From the IMG/VR virus record IMGVR_UViG_3300029107_000019: a DNA stretch of 21,791 nt; one strand, written 5' to 3'. This DNA comes from a virus (taxonomy: Duplodnaviria > Heunggongvirae > Uroviricota > Caudoviricetes). The notes under the pieces are model-generated. The model saw only the letters and a list, made by a program, of their open reading frames with translations. It was not told where the DNA came from and did no database searches. Position 1 is the stretch's first letter; the number at the start of each line of letters is the position of its first letter. Of this stretch, positions 9,982 to 18,153 are shown one piece after another. The translations under genes and the position numbers were made by a program.

Positions 9982-10299
9982 ATGGCTGACAAACAAGTAA
10001 AAGACTACGATAAGTTTAACCTCCGTTTCCCTGATGGGATGCGTGAAGCTATAGCTGAACGAGCCAAACGAAACGGGCGCTCAATGAATTCAGAAATCAT
10101 TCAAATACTCCAAGATGCCATAGAAGGAAGTTCTGAACTATCTAAACGTTTAAATTTAGTTGGGTTTATTCGAGGTGACAGAGAGATACGTGACCTGGAA
10201 GATAATGCAAGCAAACTTGCGTTGTATATCGATCATAGAACACAAGAGTTTAAACAAATTTTATTGGAAGATTTAAAATTACTCCTTAATCATGATTAA
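9982..10299 (+). CDS. mnt: Mnt-like ribbon-helix-helix repressor
   Basis: FNLRFPDGMREAIAERAKRNGRSMNSEIIQILQDAI matches the Arc/Mnt RHH signature; divergent from arc-ant. Start 9982 vs 9952 uncertain. Confidence 0.6.
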   Translation: MADKQVKDYDKFNLRFPDGMREAIAERAKRNGRSMNSEIIQILQDAIEGSSELSKRLNLVGFIRGDREIRDLEDNASKLALYIDHRTQEFKQILLEDLKLLLNHD

Positions 10300-10343
10300 T
10301 GTTAACATTTTCCCAAAATCCAATTGATAGAGGAGTTATTTAT

Positions 10344-10697
10344 ATGCGTATTAAAATCATGCCTCTCCCAAGTACTATCCAAATGAGCCAAAAAAAACGG
10401 ACAACAAGTGCAGCAGTATCCACAACGTTTTTTGGCCCAAATAGTCTTAAACCACAAGGAGATAGCCTTGAAAATACAGCAAAGAAAAACTCTTCAATTT
10501 TGCGAGAAAAAAACTACAGAAAAATTGCTGAAACACTATATAAAACTGGGGTCATAACTATGGCAACATTTGATAGAGAATGTAATTTAGGAGGTAAAGA
10601 CAGAAAGTACTTGCGACATATTTTTTCCCTACTTTTGTCAGAAAAAATCAAATCAAAACAAATCAGAATAACCCGCAAGAAAAAACAGAAGAAATAA
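10344..10697 (+). CDS. Hypothetical lysine-rich basic protein (117 aa), AT-rich accessory gene downstream of mnt
   Basis: ATG at 10344 with GAGGAG Shine-Dalgarno 8 nt upstream; an alternative ATG at 10299 overlaps the mnt stop (TAATG); strongly basic C-terminus (RITRKKKQKK); no family recognised. Confidence 0.5.
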   Translation: MRIKIMPLPSTIQMSQKKRTTSAAVSTTFFGPNSLKPQGDSLENTAKKNSSILREKNYRKIAETLYKTGVITMATFDRECNLGGKDRKYLRHIFSLLLSEKIKSKQIRITRKKKQKK

Positions 10698-10776
10698 AAC
10701 GCCAGCGAAAACTTCTCTTTATTTTCATAAGAAAAGAGCATAATTACCAGTTTTCCATATAATCCATAAGTTATGC

Positions 10777-11070
10777 TTATGCTGTAGTCCTCCCATATAC
10801 CGCCAACACCCGCTTCATCGCGGCACTCTGGCGACACTCCTTAAAAATCAGGTTCGTGCCCACCTTCCCTTCCCGTTCTTCCCTGGTAGCGAACCGGTAA
10901 TACACCGTTCGCCAGACCTTACCATCAATGACTAAGATTCCTGCCCGCGCCATTTTAGCCGCAGCCTGATTTATGCTGGTTACTGTTGCGCCTGTTACCG
11001 CAGCAACGTCCGGCGCACAGAAGCTCTTATACATCCCCAGGTAATGAATAATTGCCTCTTTGCCCGTCAT
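10777..11070 (-). CDS. ren: Ren-like protein
   Basis: 97 aa; matches lambda Ren as I recall it (MTGKEAIIHYLG...); start overlaps the P stop (ATGA). Confidence 0.7.
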   Translation of the reverse strand: MTGKEAIIHYLGMYKSFCAPDVAAVTGATVTSINQAAAKMARAGILVIDGKVWRTVYYRFATREEREGKVGTNLIFKECRQSAAMKRVLAVYGRTTA

Positions 11071-11768
11071 ACACTTGCTCCTTTCAGTCCGAACTTAGCT
11101 TTGATTTCTGCGATCTTCGCCAAAGCCTGTGCACGGTTTAGAGGTCTACCGCCCATGACAGGAAGTTGTTTCACCGGTTCAGGGATCGCTTCACCACGGT
11201 TAATTCGCGCGGTCATACAGGACAGTTCATCGGCAGCCATGCGCCGTAATTCCGCGTCAGTCAACGCATTGGCCCGCATGTTCTGGTACAGGTTGGTAAC
11301 CAGCCAGTAGTGCGCGTTTGATTTCCATGGATAAGACTCTGCATCTGGATACAGGCCACGCTTCCGACAATACTCATAGACCATATCAACCAGCTCGCTG
11401 ACGTTTGGCAGTCCGGCGATAACGGATGCTTCTTCCCGGCACCATGCAACAAACTGCCCGGGTGATGGCAGAAATGGTCGATTCTGCCGACGGGCTACGC
11501 GCATTCCTGCGTTAACCTGTTCCATTGTGGTGATCCCGTTTTCCCGGAAAGCCAGAACCCACTGGCGGCGGATTTCGTTCAGTTCGTTCTGGTCACGGTT
11601 AGCCAGACTCGCCGGGAAAGTTGCCAGTAACTGGCTGAACACACCGTTGATGATCTGCGCTACCTGCTGTACCTGCGGCTTTTCGTCGTACTGTTCCGGC
11701 ATGTTGTTGGCGATCCGGCGCATCTGCTCACGGTCAAAGTTAACCATCTGTGCGGCGATGTTTTTCAT
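11067..11768 (-). CDS. P: Replication protein P (DnaB helicase loader), lambda type
   Basis: 233 aa, essentially identical to lambda P as I recall it (MKNIAAQMVNFDREQMRRIANNMPEQYDEKPQ...AKFGLKGASV). Confidence 0.95.
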   Translation of the reverse strand: MKNIAAQMVNFDREQMRRIANNMPEQYDEKPQVQQVAQIINGVFSQLLATFPASLANRDQNELNEIRRQWVLAFRENGITTMEQVNAGMRVARRQNRPFLPSPGQFVAWCREEASVIAGLPNVSELVDMVYEYCRKRGLYPDAESYPWKSNAHYWLVTNLYQNMRANALTDAELRRMAADELSCMTARINRGEAIPEPVKQLPVMGGRPLNRAQALAKIAEIKAKFGLKGASV

Positions 11769-12694
11769 AGCTCCACCCCGTAAATCCAGTCAGTGTTCGT
11801 CAGGTCGAATTTTGGTTTGCCGGCTGTCACGCCAGCCTGTTGCTTGTTACGGTTGATTTCGAGTTGGGTCCACTTGTCGCGGAGTTTGGCCGGACTTAGC
11901 ACGTTACCGGACCAGAAGTTGTCCTGGCATGCCCAGCGGAACAGCACGCACATGTCGCGGTGGTTACGTCCGTCACGTTCACGCATCAGGCGGATATCGT
12001 TAGCCCACCCTGCAAAATTCGGTTTTCTGGCTGATGGCGCGATGGTCTTCACCATGTCAAACATCCACTCTGCGGCGGTCAGGTCTTCTGCTGTCCCCCA
12101 CTTTCTGCCGCTCTGAATTGCAGCATCTGGTTTCACCACAGGAAGATCCTTTTCTGGTTGGTCAGAGGATTCTCCAGAATTCTCGGACGAAAAAGGTTTT
12201 ATATTGTCTTTTGTTAGTTTGTCTTTTGTGTTTACCTGATTCGGGTAAACGCCTTTACCTGATTTGGGTAAACTTTTCTTACCTGATTCAGGTAAATTTA
12301 CCTCTTTCAGGTAAACTTTATTTTTCTTACCTGATTCGGGTAATGTTGACCATTCACTGACCACATTATTAATACCGATATTCCGCCCGCTCTGAATCAA
12401 AATCCCACGCTTTACCAGAACACTTTTTGTAGCAGAACACTTGTGCGGCAATATCCCGGTCAATTCGGACAGTTGCTCGTTGCTCACCCAATCCAGTTTT
12501 TTATTAAAGCCATATGTTTTGCGCATGACAGCCAGGAAGACCAGAAGCTGGTGCTGTGTTAATCCGGCCAGCATCACAGCTTCCAGCAACTCATTTGCAA
12601 TGCGCGTATAACCATCATCGAGATCTGCCACGCGCGGCTCCTTTTGTGCCGCATCCGGCACAGGAAAATTGAATATCTCAGCAGTGTTTGCCAT
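11765..12694 (-). CDS. O: Replication initiator O (lambdoid O family) containing ori iterons
   Basis: N-terminus MANTAEIFNF...VADLDDGYTRIANELLEA and C-terminus ...WTQLEINRNKQQAGVTAGKPKFDLTNTDWIYGVEL match lambda O domains; GGGAGGA RBS before the ATG at 12694; the ORF-track extension to 12784 is probably untranslated. Confidence 0.9.
   Translation of the reverse strand: MANTAEIFNFPVPDAAQKEPRVADLDDGYTRIANELLEAVMLAGLTQHQLLVFLAVMRKTYGFNKKLDWVSNEQLSELTGILPHKCSATKSVLVKRGILIQSGRNIGINNVVSEWSTLPESGKKNKVYLKEVNLPESGKKSLPKSGKGVYPNQVNTKDKLTKDNIKPFSSENSGESSDQPEKDLPVVKPDAAIQSGRKWGTAEDLTAAEWMFDMVKTIAPSARKPNFAGWANDIRLMRERDGRNHRDMCVLFRWACQDNFWSGNVLSPAKLRDKWTQLEINRNKQQAGVTAGKPKFDLTNTDWIYGVEL
12232..12343. repeat. 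Origin of replication: four ~18-bp iterons (TTACCTGATTYRGGTAAA) within the O gene, with an adjacent AT-rich region at 12195-12230
   Basis: Direct repeats read in the sequence; each iteron is internally palindromic (TACC...GGTA); reflected in the protein as repeated LPESGKK; arrangement as in lambda ori. Confidence 0.85.
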
Positions 12695-12780
12695 AATTCC
12701 TCCCGCAATGAGTGTGTTACGATTTGCACCTGAAAGTCGGTTCTGTTCCCGCAGACCGACTTTCGCCATTTTTGAACCTG

Positions 12781-13320
12781 TCATATTGCCCCCAGCATGG
12801 TGGTTACCATCGCCATCAATGGACCAGCCAGATCCGGGTCCACTCGAAACATCGACACAATGCCTTCACTCATCTCCTTCAGTTTCTGGTGGCGTGGTGC
12901 GTTGAGAATGACCGCCTGCTTTGCCTCACAGAGTTCCTTTTCCATTTCAGCCAGCCGAGCCATGAAGCTATCCTGCTCAACCAGGTGGCCGCGATATTCC
13001 AGCGGTAGTACCGCCAGAATTGCCGGGGTCAGTTCACGCACGTTATTTCGGTATTTTTCAGAATCGAATTTGTTATCGAGGAAGCGGAACAGCTTCTGGC
13101 GTGCACGGCTGACATCATCAGGGAAATCGATAGTGCCGCCGCCCTGCTCCCGATACTCATTCACAATGAGTGTGGCAACGACATCCTGATTATCTTCAGC
13201 CGACCAGGCGCGGACGGCATCACGGATTTTTTCGTGGCCTGGCACCTGTTTTGTTTGAGAACGATTTATCACCGCAGTCGGGCTAAATCCGCTAGTCTGT
13301 TGGTATGTAAGTGGTTGCAT
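12781..13320 (-). CDS. Hypothetical early regulatory protein in the cII position (possibly YdaT-like)
   Basis: 179 aa; AAGGAG RBS; located between cro-like and O; not similar to lambda CII; YdaT-like assignment is from memory and weak. Confidence 0.4.
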   Translation of the reverse strand: MQPLTYQQTSGFSPTAVINRSQTKQVPGHEKIRDAVRAWSAEDNQDVVATLIVNEYREQGGGTIDFPDDVSRARQKLFRFLDNKFDSEKYRNNVRELTPAILAVLPLEYRGHLVEQDSFMARLAEMEKELCEAKQAVILNAPRHQKLKEMSEGIVSMFRVDPDLAGPLMAMVTTMLGAI

Positions 13321-13389
13321 AATTGACTCCTTTAGTTTGAATTGACTGTTAAGTTGATTGCTTATTGTTAAAGAGCGTGAAATGGAAAT

Positions 13390-13620
13390 TTAAGCTGCGT
13401 TCTTTTCGGTGTGTGGAAACAACTTCGGAAGATCCGGGCGAATCTGGTATGCCTTCACTACTCCACCAGTAGCCGTAACAATGCTGCCGACATGTTCAGG
13501 GGATACCTTTGCTTTGTTGTGAAGCCACTTATAGACGGCCTGCTGTGAAACTTCGCAGGCAGCGCCCAGTTTCTTTTGTGAACCAACGATATTGATCGCT
13601 GTTTTGATAGCTGGATTCAT
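13390..13620 (-). CDS. cro: Cro-like HTH regulator (YdaS/Cro family)
   Basis: 76 aa; HTH (KKLGAACEVSQQAVYKWLHN); GGAGG RBS; divergent from the CI-like repressor across an operator region. Confidence 0.75.
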   Translation of the reverse strand: MNPAIKTAINIVGSQKKLGAACEVSQQAVYKWLHNKAKVSPEHVGSIVTATGGVVKAYQIRPDLPKLFPHTEKNAA

Positions 13621-13724
13621 AACAACCTCCGTGGTTAATTTGAATCAAGATTAAAACTATGGTTGTTTTTAGTCAACAACCATTTTCGTTTGATGGAATA
13701 AAACCTTGGTTGTACATTTGGACT
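13621..13724. promoter_or_regulatory. OR-like operator with divergent pR/pRM-type promoters
   Basis: Palindrome ATGGTTGTT-N7-AACAACCAT (13659-13683) and further GGTTGT/ACAACC half-sites; the same half-site recurs near the pL-like promoter; cI has no SD, consistent with a leaderless pRM transcript as in lambda. Confidence 0.6.
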
Positions 13725-14414
13725 ATGAAAACAACACTCTCAGAAAGACTTAAAGAAGCCAGATTAGCGCGAGGCCTTACACAAAAGGCGCTTGGGGATT
13801 TGGTCGGGGTTAGCCAAGCTGCTATTCAGAAAATCGAAACAGGGAAAGCTAACCAAACAACTAAAATCGTGGAGATCGCGAACGCTTTGGGTGTGCGCGC
13901 AGAATGGTTATCTTCTGGCGTTGGAAATATGTCAGACAGTACAGTGCAACCAATACAATCAACTGTCAGCCATTCCAAATACTTTAAGATTGACGTTCTT
14001 GATATAGAAGTGAGTGCCGGGCCGGGAGTCATCAACCGTGAATTTGTAGAAGTTCTACGCTCGGTTGAGTACTCGTTTGACGATGCTCGTCACATGTTCG
14101 ATGGCAGGAAGGCGGAAAATATCCGCATCATTAACGTGCGTGGTGACAGCATGTCAGGAACGATCGAACCAGGTGATCTGCTGTTCGTTGATATCACGGT
14201 TAAATCTTTCGACGGTGATGGTATCTATGCGTTTCTGTACGACGACACAGCCCATGTAAAGCGCCTGCAAATGATGAAAGATAAGCTACTGGTTATCTCT
14301 GATAACAAGAGCTACTCACCGTGGGACCCGATCGAGAAAGACGAGATGAACCGGGTGTTCATTTTCGGGAAGGTTATTGGCAGTATGCCGCAGACGTATA
14401 GGAAACACGGATAA
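13725..14414 (+). CDS. cI: CI-type prophage repressor (HTH_XRE N-domain plus LexA-like S24 peptidase C-domain)
   Basis: HTH LTQKALGDLVGVSQAAIQKIETGK; Ala-Gly autocleavage site (EVSAGPG); catalytic Ser (GDSMSGT) and Lys (HVKRLQ). The upstream ATG at 13659 lies in the operator region and is rejected. Confidence 0.85.
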   Translation: MKTTLSERLKEARLARGLTQKALGDLVGVSQAAIQKIETGKANQTTKIVEIANALGVRAEWLSSGVGNMSDSTVQPIQSTVSHSKYFKIDVLDIEVSAGPGVINREFVEVLRSVEYSFDDARHMFDGRKAENIRIINVRGDSMSGTIEPGDLLFVDITVKSFDGDGIYAFLYDDTAHVKRLQMMKDKLLVISDNKSYSPWDPIEKDEMNRVFIFGKVIGSMPQTYRKHG

Positions 14415-14493
14415 TCAGCTGCGTGCTGATGAGGCTTTTGGGTAATGCGCTGAAAGAATTCTTTATAAAAATAACATTACGGGAAAGGCAAAA

Positions 14494-14763
14494 ATGAGTG
14501 ATAAAAAACTTATAAAAAAATCAAATAACTGTGTAGATGCATATGCTGATGCATTTGGATATTCATCTTTTGGGGAAGATGACGATCGCTTAGGCTCCAT
14601 ATCTTTCTTTCAGCATGTTACAGAATGGGGCGCTGATGGTAGTAATGACACTGAAAACGTAAAGTACAACATTGCAACAATTCGCATGACGGAAGATTTA
14701 ATGCTTAAACTCGCTGACTTTATTCGCGATCAGCATGATAGAGCTAAAACCAATAAGTCATAA
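14494..14763 (+). CDS. Hypothetical acidic protein, 89 aa (first gene of the rex-position operon)
   Basis: ATG with AAAGG RBS about 80 nt downstream of cI, same strand; Asp-rich; AT-rich relative to neighbours; no family recognised. Confidence 0.55.
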   Translation: MSDKKLIKKSNNCVDAYADAFGYSSFGEDDDRLGSISFFQHVTEWGADGSNDTENVKYNIATIRMTEDLMLKLADFIRDQHDRAKTNKS

Positions 14764-14771
14764 TATTAACA

Positions 14772-15212
14772 ATGAAACACGGTTATTACGAAGCTCCAAA
14801 CCTAACTGAAAAGCTTGAACAAGCGGCAAGATCATCATCTTTGCACACTGCAGCATTTTCTCAATCAGCTGGTATGTCTGGCGGTAATGTACCTATGCTA
14901 CAATCAAGTGGTAGCGGTGGCTCTGGGAGTAATAATGTGCTTGAATCGAAAGTTGCAAAGCTTGAGTCTGATGTGTCCTATATCCGACGTGACGTTGATG
15001 AGCTTAAGACAGATGTCAAATCTATCGACAGAAACATGATCGCTGTTCTGGAGCGACTCGATTCAATAAAAGATTCACTAGCCAAAAAACCCTCCATCGA
15101 TGCTGTCGATAGAAAGATTTCAGACGCAAAGCTTGCGGTATTGCTTGGTGTTCCAGCAATCATCGCTGCAGGAACAGGTCTTTATAAGCTATCAATGTAC
15201 TTTTTTCTTTAG
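14772..15212 (+). CDS. Hypothetical tail-anchored membrane protein, 146 aa (Ser/Gly-rich N-region, central coiled coil, C-terminal TM helix)
   Basis: Begins 8 nt after the upstream stop; heptad-like KLESDVSYIRRDVDELKTDVKSIDRNMIAVLERLDSIKDSL; C-terminal hydrophobic LAVLLGVPAIIAAGTGLYKL; followed by a strong terminator. Confidence 0.55.
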   Translation: MKHGYYEAPNLTEKLEQAARSSSLHTAAFSQSAGMSGGNVPMLQSSGSGGSGSNNVLESKVAKLESDVSYIRRDVDELKTDVKSIDRNMIAVLERLDSIKDSLAKKPSIDAVDRKISDAKLAVLLGVPAIIAAGTGLYKLSMYFFL

Positions 15213-15287
15213 TGCTTAAGAAACTGCTCGCCACCTTGCATTACGCAAAGCGATTTTTCATTCCCTATTACCCTTTCTTATCCATAT

Positions 15288-15318
15288 AAACCCGGCCCCA
15301 GTGCCGGGTTTTCTTTTG
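15288..15318 (+). terminator. Intrinsic terminator closing the cI / rex-position operon
   Basis: aaacccggc-cccagt-gccgggttt hairpin followed by TTTTCTTTT. Confidence 0.8.
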
Positions 15319-15439
15319 CCTCCCCTCATCACACAAACCGTTCAAAAAACCACCACGACCTCGCTTCAGTTATCGCTATGCGATGCAAGTCACAAAATAA
15401 ATCCATCTTAAATACAACCAGTTATATCTAAAACAACCA

Positions 15440-15490
15440 ATAAAACAACTTTTGTTGTTGACGATAAAACAACTATGGTTTTAAATGAAT
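15440..15490 (+). promoter_or_regulatory. pL-like early promoter with overlapping OL-like operator
   Basis: TTGACG (15458-15463), 17-bp spacer, TTAAAT (15481-15486); palindrome AACAAC-TTTT-GTTGTT (15444-15459) carrying the same half-sites as OR. Confidence 0.5.
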
Positions 15491-15559
15491 TCATCGCAAC
15501 AACACAACGATACGGCAATCACCTGATTCACCGTTGCGATGACCGCTTAGATCCGCAGC

Positions 15560-15970
15560 TTGAATTTCAGCAGGCTCCGGGGAGTGCGAGGGGTGAAGCG
15601 GACGCGTGAACGTCGGTGTGACCAGCTGAAATCAACTCAACACTTCATACCTCAGTCGCTTCAACGAGGCGACTTAGTTATGACAACCGGCGGCCATCCA
15701 CCGCCTGAATACGCGCAGAAGTCTCTATATGTTCAGCAGCCCAGCTTACGGGCAGGAGTTTTTATGGTTCATCAACATTACGGAACGCAGACCGTTAATC
15801 GAGGTGCGGTCATGCCAGGAATGCTGGTCAAACACAAAGATGGTACCTGGACTGCATCAGCTAATTTACGCGGACGGCTTTATCTGCATCGCGGCATCGA
15901 GCGCACTTATACCCGTGACTTGCTCGTGGAAGTTTTTCTCGACGGGCGCGGCAACGGTCTGAATCACTAA
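15560..15970 (+). CDS. Hypothetical pL-proximal early protein in the N position; start uncertain (TTG 15560, or ATG 15680 giving 96 aa)
   Basis: Only ORF between the pL-like promoter and gam; the N-terminal extension encodes an Arg-rich stretch (GVKRTRERR) reminiscent of an N-type arginine-rich motif, but it lies in a highly structured GC-rich region without a clear RBS; the ATG at 15680 has a GAGG upstream. Confidence 0.4.
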   Translation: MNFSRLRGVRGVKRTRERRCDQLKSTQHFIPQSLQRGDLVMTTGGHPPPEYAQKSLYVQQPSLRAGVFMVHQHYGTQTVNRGAVMPGMLVKHKDGTWTASANLRGRLYLHRGIERTYTRDLLVEVFLDGRGNGLNH

Positions 15971-16045
15971 TCCCCTTTCCTGTTTACCTAATCAGCCTGG
16001 CATTTCGCGGGCGATATTTTCACAGCCATTTTCAGGAGTTCAGCC

Positions 16046-16342
16046 ATGAACGCTTATTACATTCAGGATCGTCTTGAGGCTCAGAGCTGGGCGCGTCACT
16101 ACCAGCAGATCGCCCATGAAGAGAAAGAGGCAGAACTGGCAGACGACATGGAAAAAGGCCTGCCCCAGCACCTGTTTGAATCGCTATGCATCGATCATTT
16201 GCAACGCCACGGGGCCAGCAAAAAAGCCATTACCCGTGCGTTTGATGACGATGTTGAGTTTCAGGAGCGCATGGCAGAACACATCCGGTACATGGTTGAA
16301 ACCATTGCTCACCACCAGGTTGATATTGATTCAGAGGTATAA
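16046..16342 (+). CDS. gam: Gam (RecBCD inhibitor), short form
   Basis: 98 aa, matching lambda Gam as I recall it ([21 protein letters not shown]...[10 protein letters not shown]); the upstream frame is closed by a stop at 15989-15991, so the long form is absent. Confidence 0.9.
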   Translation: MNAYYIQDRLEAQSWARHYQQIAHEEKEAELADDMEKGLPQHLFESLCIDHLQRHGASKKAITRAFDDDVEFQERMAEHIRYMVETIAHHQVDIDSEV

Positions 16343-16347
16343 AACGG

Positions 16348-17133
16348 ATGAGTACAGCACTCGCAACGCTGGCTGGGAAGCTGGCTGAACGTGTCGGCAT
16401 GGATTCTGTCGACCCACAGGAACTGATCACCACTCTTCGCCAGACAGCATTTAAAGGCGATGCCAGCGATGCGCAGTTCATCGCATTGCTGATCGTCGCC
16501 AACCAATACGGCCTTAATCCGTGGACGAAAGAAATTTACGCCTTCCCTGATAAGCAGAACGGCATCGTTCCGGTGGTGGGCGTTGATGGCTGGTCCCGCA
16601 TCATCAATGAAAACCAGCAGTTTGATGGCATGGACTTTGAGCAGGACAATGAATCCTGTACATGCCGGATTTACCGCAAAGACCGTAATCATCCGATCTG
16701 CGTTACCGAGTGGATGGATGAATGCCGCCGCGAACCATTCAAAACCCGCGAAGGCAGAGAAATCACCGGACCGTGGCAGTCGCATCCCAAACGGATGTTA
16801 CGGCATAAAGCCATGATTCAGTGTGCCCGTCTGGCCTTCGGATTTGCGGGTATCTATGACAAGGATGAAGCCGAGCGCATTGTCGAAAATACCGCATACA
16901 CTGCAGAACGTCAGCCGGAACGCGACATCACTCCGGTTAACGATGAAACCATGCAGGAGATTAACACTCTGCTGATCGCCCTGGATAAAACATGGGATGA
17001 CGACTTATTGCCGCTCTGTTCCCAGATATTTCGCCGCGACATTCGCGCATCGTCAGAACTGACACAGGCCGAAGCAGTGAAAGCTCTTGGATTCCTGAAA
17101 CAGAAAGCCACTGAGCAGAAGGTGGCAGCATGA
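16348..17133 (+). CDS. bet: Bet (Red-beta single-strand annealing recombinase)
   Basis: 261 aa, essentially identical to lambda Bet as I recall it ([26 protein letters not shown]...). Confidence 0.95.
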   Translation: MSTALATLAGKLAERVGMDSVDPQELITTLRQTAFKGDASDAQFIALLIVANQYGLNPWTKEIYAFPDKQNGIVPVVGVDGWSRIINENQQFDGMDFEQDNESCTCRIYRKDRNHPICVTEWMDECRREPFKTREGREITGPWQSHPKRMLRHKAMIQCARLAFGFAGIYDKDEAERIVENTAYTAERQPERDITPVNDETMQEINTLLIALDKTWDDDLLPLCSQIFRRDIRASSELTQAEAVKALGFLKQKATEQKVAA

Positions 17134-17810
17134 CACCAGACATTATCCTGCAGCGTACCGGGATCGACGTGAGAGCTGTCGAGCAGGGGGATGATGCGTG
17201 GCACAAATTACGGCTCGGCGTCATCACAGCTTCAGAAGTTCACAACGTGATAGCAAAACCCCGCTCCGGAAAGAACTGGCCTGACATGAAAATGTCCTAC
17301 TTCCACACCCTGCTTGCCGAGGTTTGCACCGGTGTGGCTCCGGAAGTTAATGCTAAGGCGCTGGCCTGGGGAAAACAGTACGAGAACGACGCCAGAACCC
17401 TGTTTGAATTCACTTCCGGCGTGAATGTTACTGAATCCCCGATCATCTATCGCGACGAAAGTATGCGCACCGCCTGCTCTCCCGATGGTTTATGCAGTGA
17501 CGGCAACGGCCTTGAACTGAAATGCCCGTTTACCTCCCGGGATTTCATGAAATTCCGGCTCGGTGGTTTCGAGGCCATAAAGTCGGCTTACATGGCCCAG
17601 GTGCAGTACAGCATGTGGGTGACGCGAAAAGATGCCTGGTACTTTGCAAACTATGACCCACGAATGAAGCGTGAAGGCCTGCATTATGTCGTGGTTGAGC
17701 GGGATGAAAATTACATGGCGAGTTTTGACGAGATGGTGCCGGAGTTCATCGAAAAAATGGACGAGGCACTGGCTGAAATTGGTTTTGTATTTGGGGAGCA
17801 ATGGCGATGA
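17130..17810 (+). CDS. exo: Exo (lambda exonuclease, Red-alpha)
   Basis: 226 aa, matching lambda Exo as I recall it ([43 protein letters not shown]...); ATGA overlap with bet. Confidence 0.95.
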   Translation: MTPDIILQRTGIDVRAVEQGDDAWHKLRLGVITASEVHNVIAKPRSGKNWPDMKMSYFHTLLAEVCTGVAPEVNAKALAWGKQYENDARTLFEFTSGVNVTESPIIYRDESMRTACSPDGLCSDGNGLELKCPFTSRDFMKFRLGGFEAIKSAYMAQVQYSMWVTRKDAWYFANYDPRMKREGLHYVVVERDENYMASFDEMVPEFIEKMDEALAEIGFVFGEQWR

Positions 17811-17989
17811 AGCATCCTCACGATAATATCCGGGGAGGTGCGATCACTTTCGTCTACTCCGTTACAAAGCGAGGCTGGGTATTTCCCGGCCTTTCTGTTA
17901 TCCAAAATCCACTGAAAGCCCAGCGGCTGGCTGAGGAGATAAATAATAAACGAGGGGCTGTATGCACAAAGCATCTCCTGTTGAGTTAA
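17801..17989 (+). CDS. Lambda orf60a-like small early protein
   Basis: 62 aa ([30 protein letters not shown]...), similar to the lambda ORF downstream of exo as I recall it; overlaps the exo 3' end. Confidence 0.6.
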   Translation: MAMKHPHDNIRGGAITFVYSVTKRGWVFPGLSVIQNPLKAQRLAEEINNKRGAVCTKHLLLS

Positions 17990-18153
17990 GAACGAGCATT
18001 GAGATGGCACATAGCCTTGCTCAAATTGGAGTCAGGTTTGTGCCAATACCAGCAGAAACAGACGAAGAGTTTCATACGTTAGCCACATCCCTTTCACAAA
18101 AGCTGGAAATGATGGTGGCGAAAGCAGAAGCAGATGAGAGAGACCAGGTATGA
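17962..18153 (+). CDS. Lambda orf63-like small early protein
   Basis: 63 aa ([23 protein letters not shown]...); coupled to neighbours by overlaps. Confidence 0.55.
   Translation: MHKASPVELRTSIEMAHSLAQIGVRFVPIPAETDEEFHTLATSLSQKLEMMVAKAEADERDQV

Noticed and set aside
11765-12784. Long 339-aa form of O starting at 12784 (ATGA-coupled to the upstream gene)
   Set aside because: The ATG at 12694 has a strong GGGAGGA RBS and gives an N-terminus parallel to lambda O; the 30-residue extension is unmatched. The long form is not excluded.
13659-13724. Upstream start for cI giving a 251-aa product
   Set aside because: The extension would be encoded by the operator/promoter palindromes; a leaderless start at 13725 fits lambda-like pRM biology.
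16309-17227. Minus-strand ORFs (158, 97 and 88 aa) inside bet and exo
   Set aside because: Antisense to near-lambda-identical bet/exo coding sequence; GC-rich frame artefacts.
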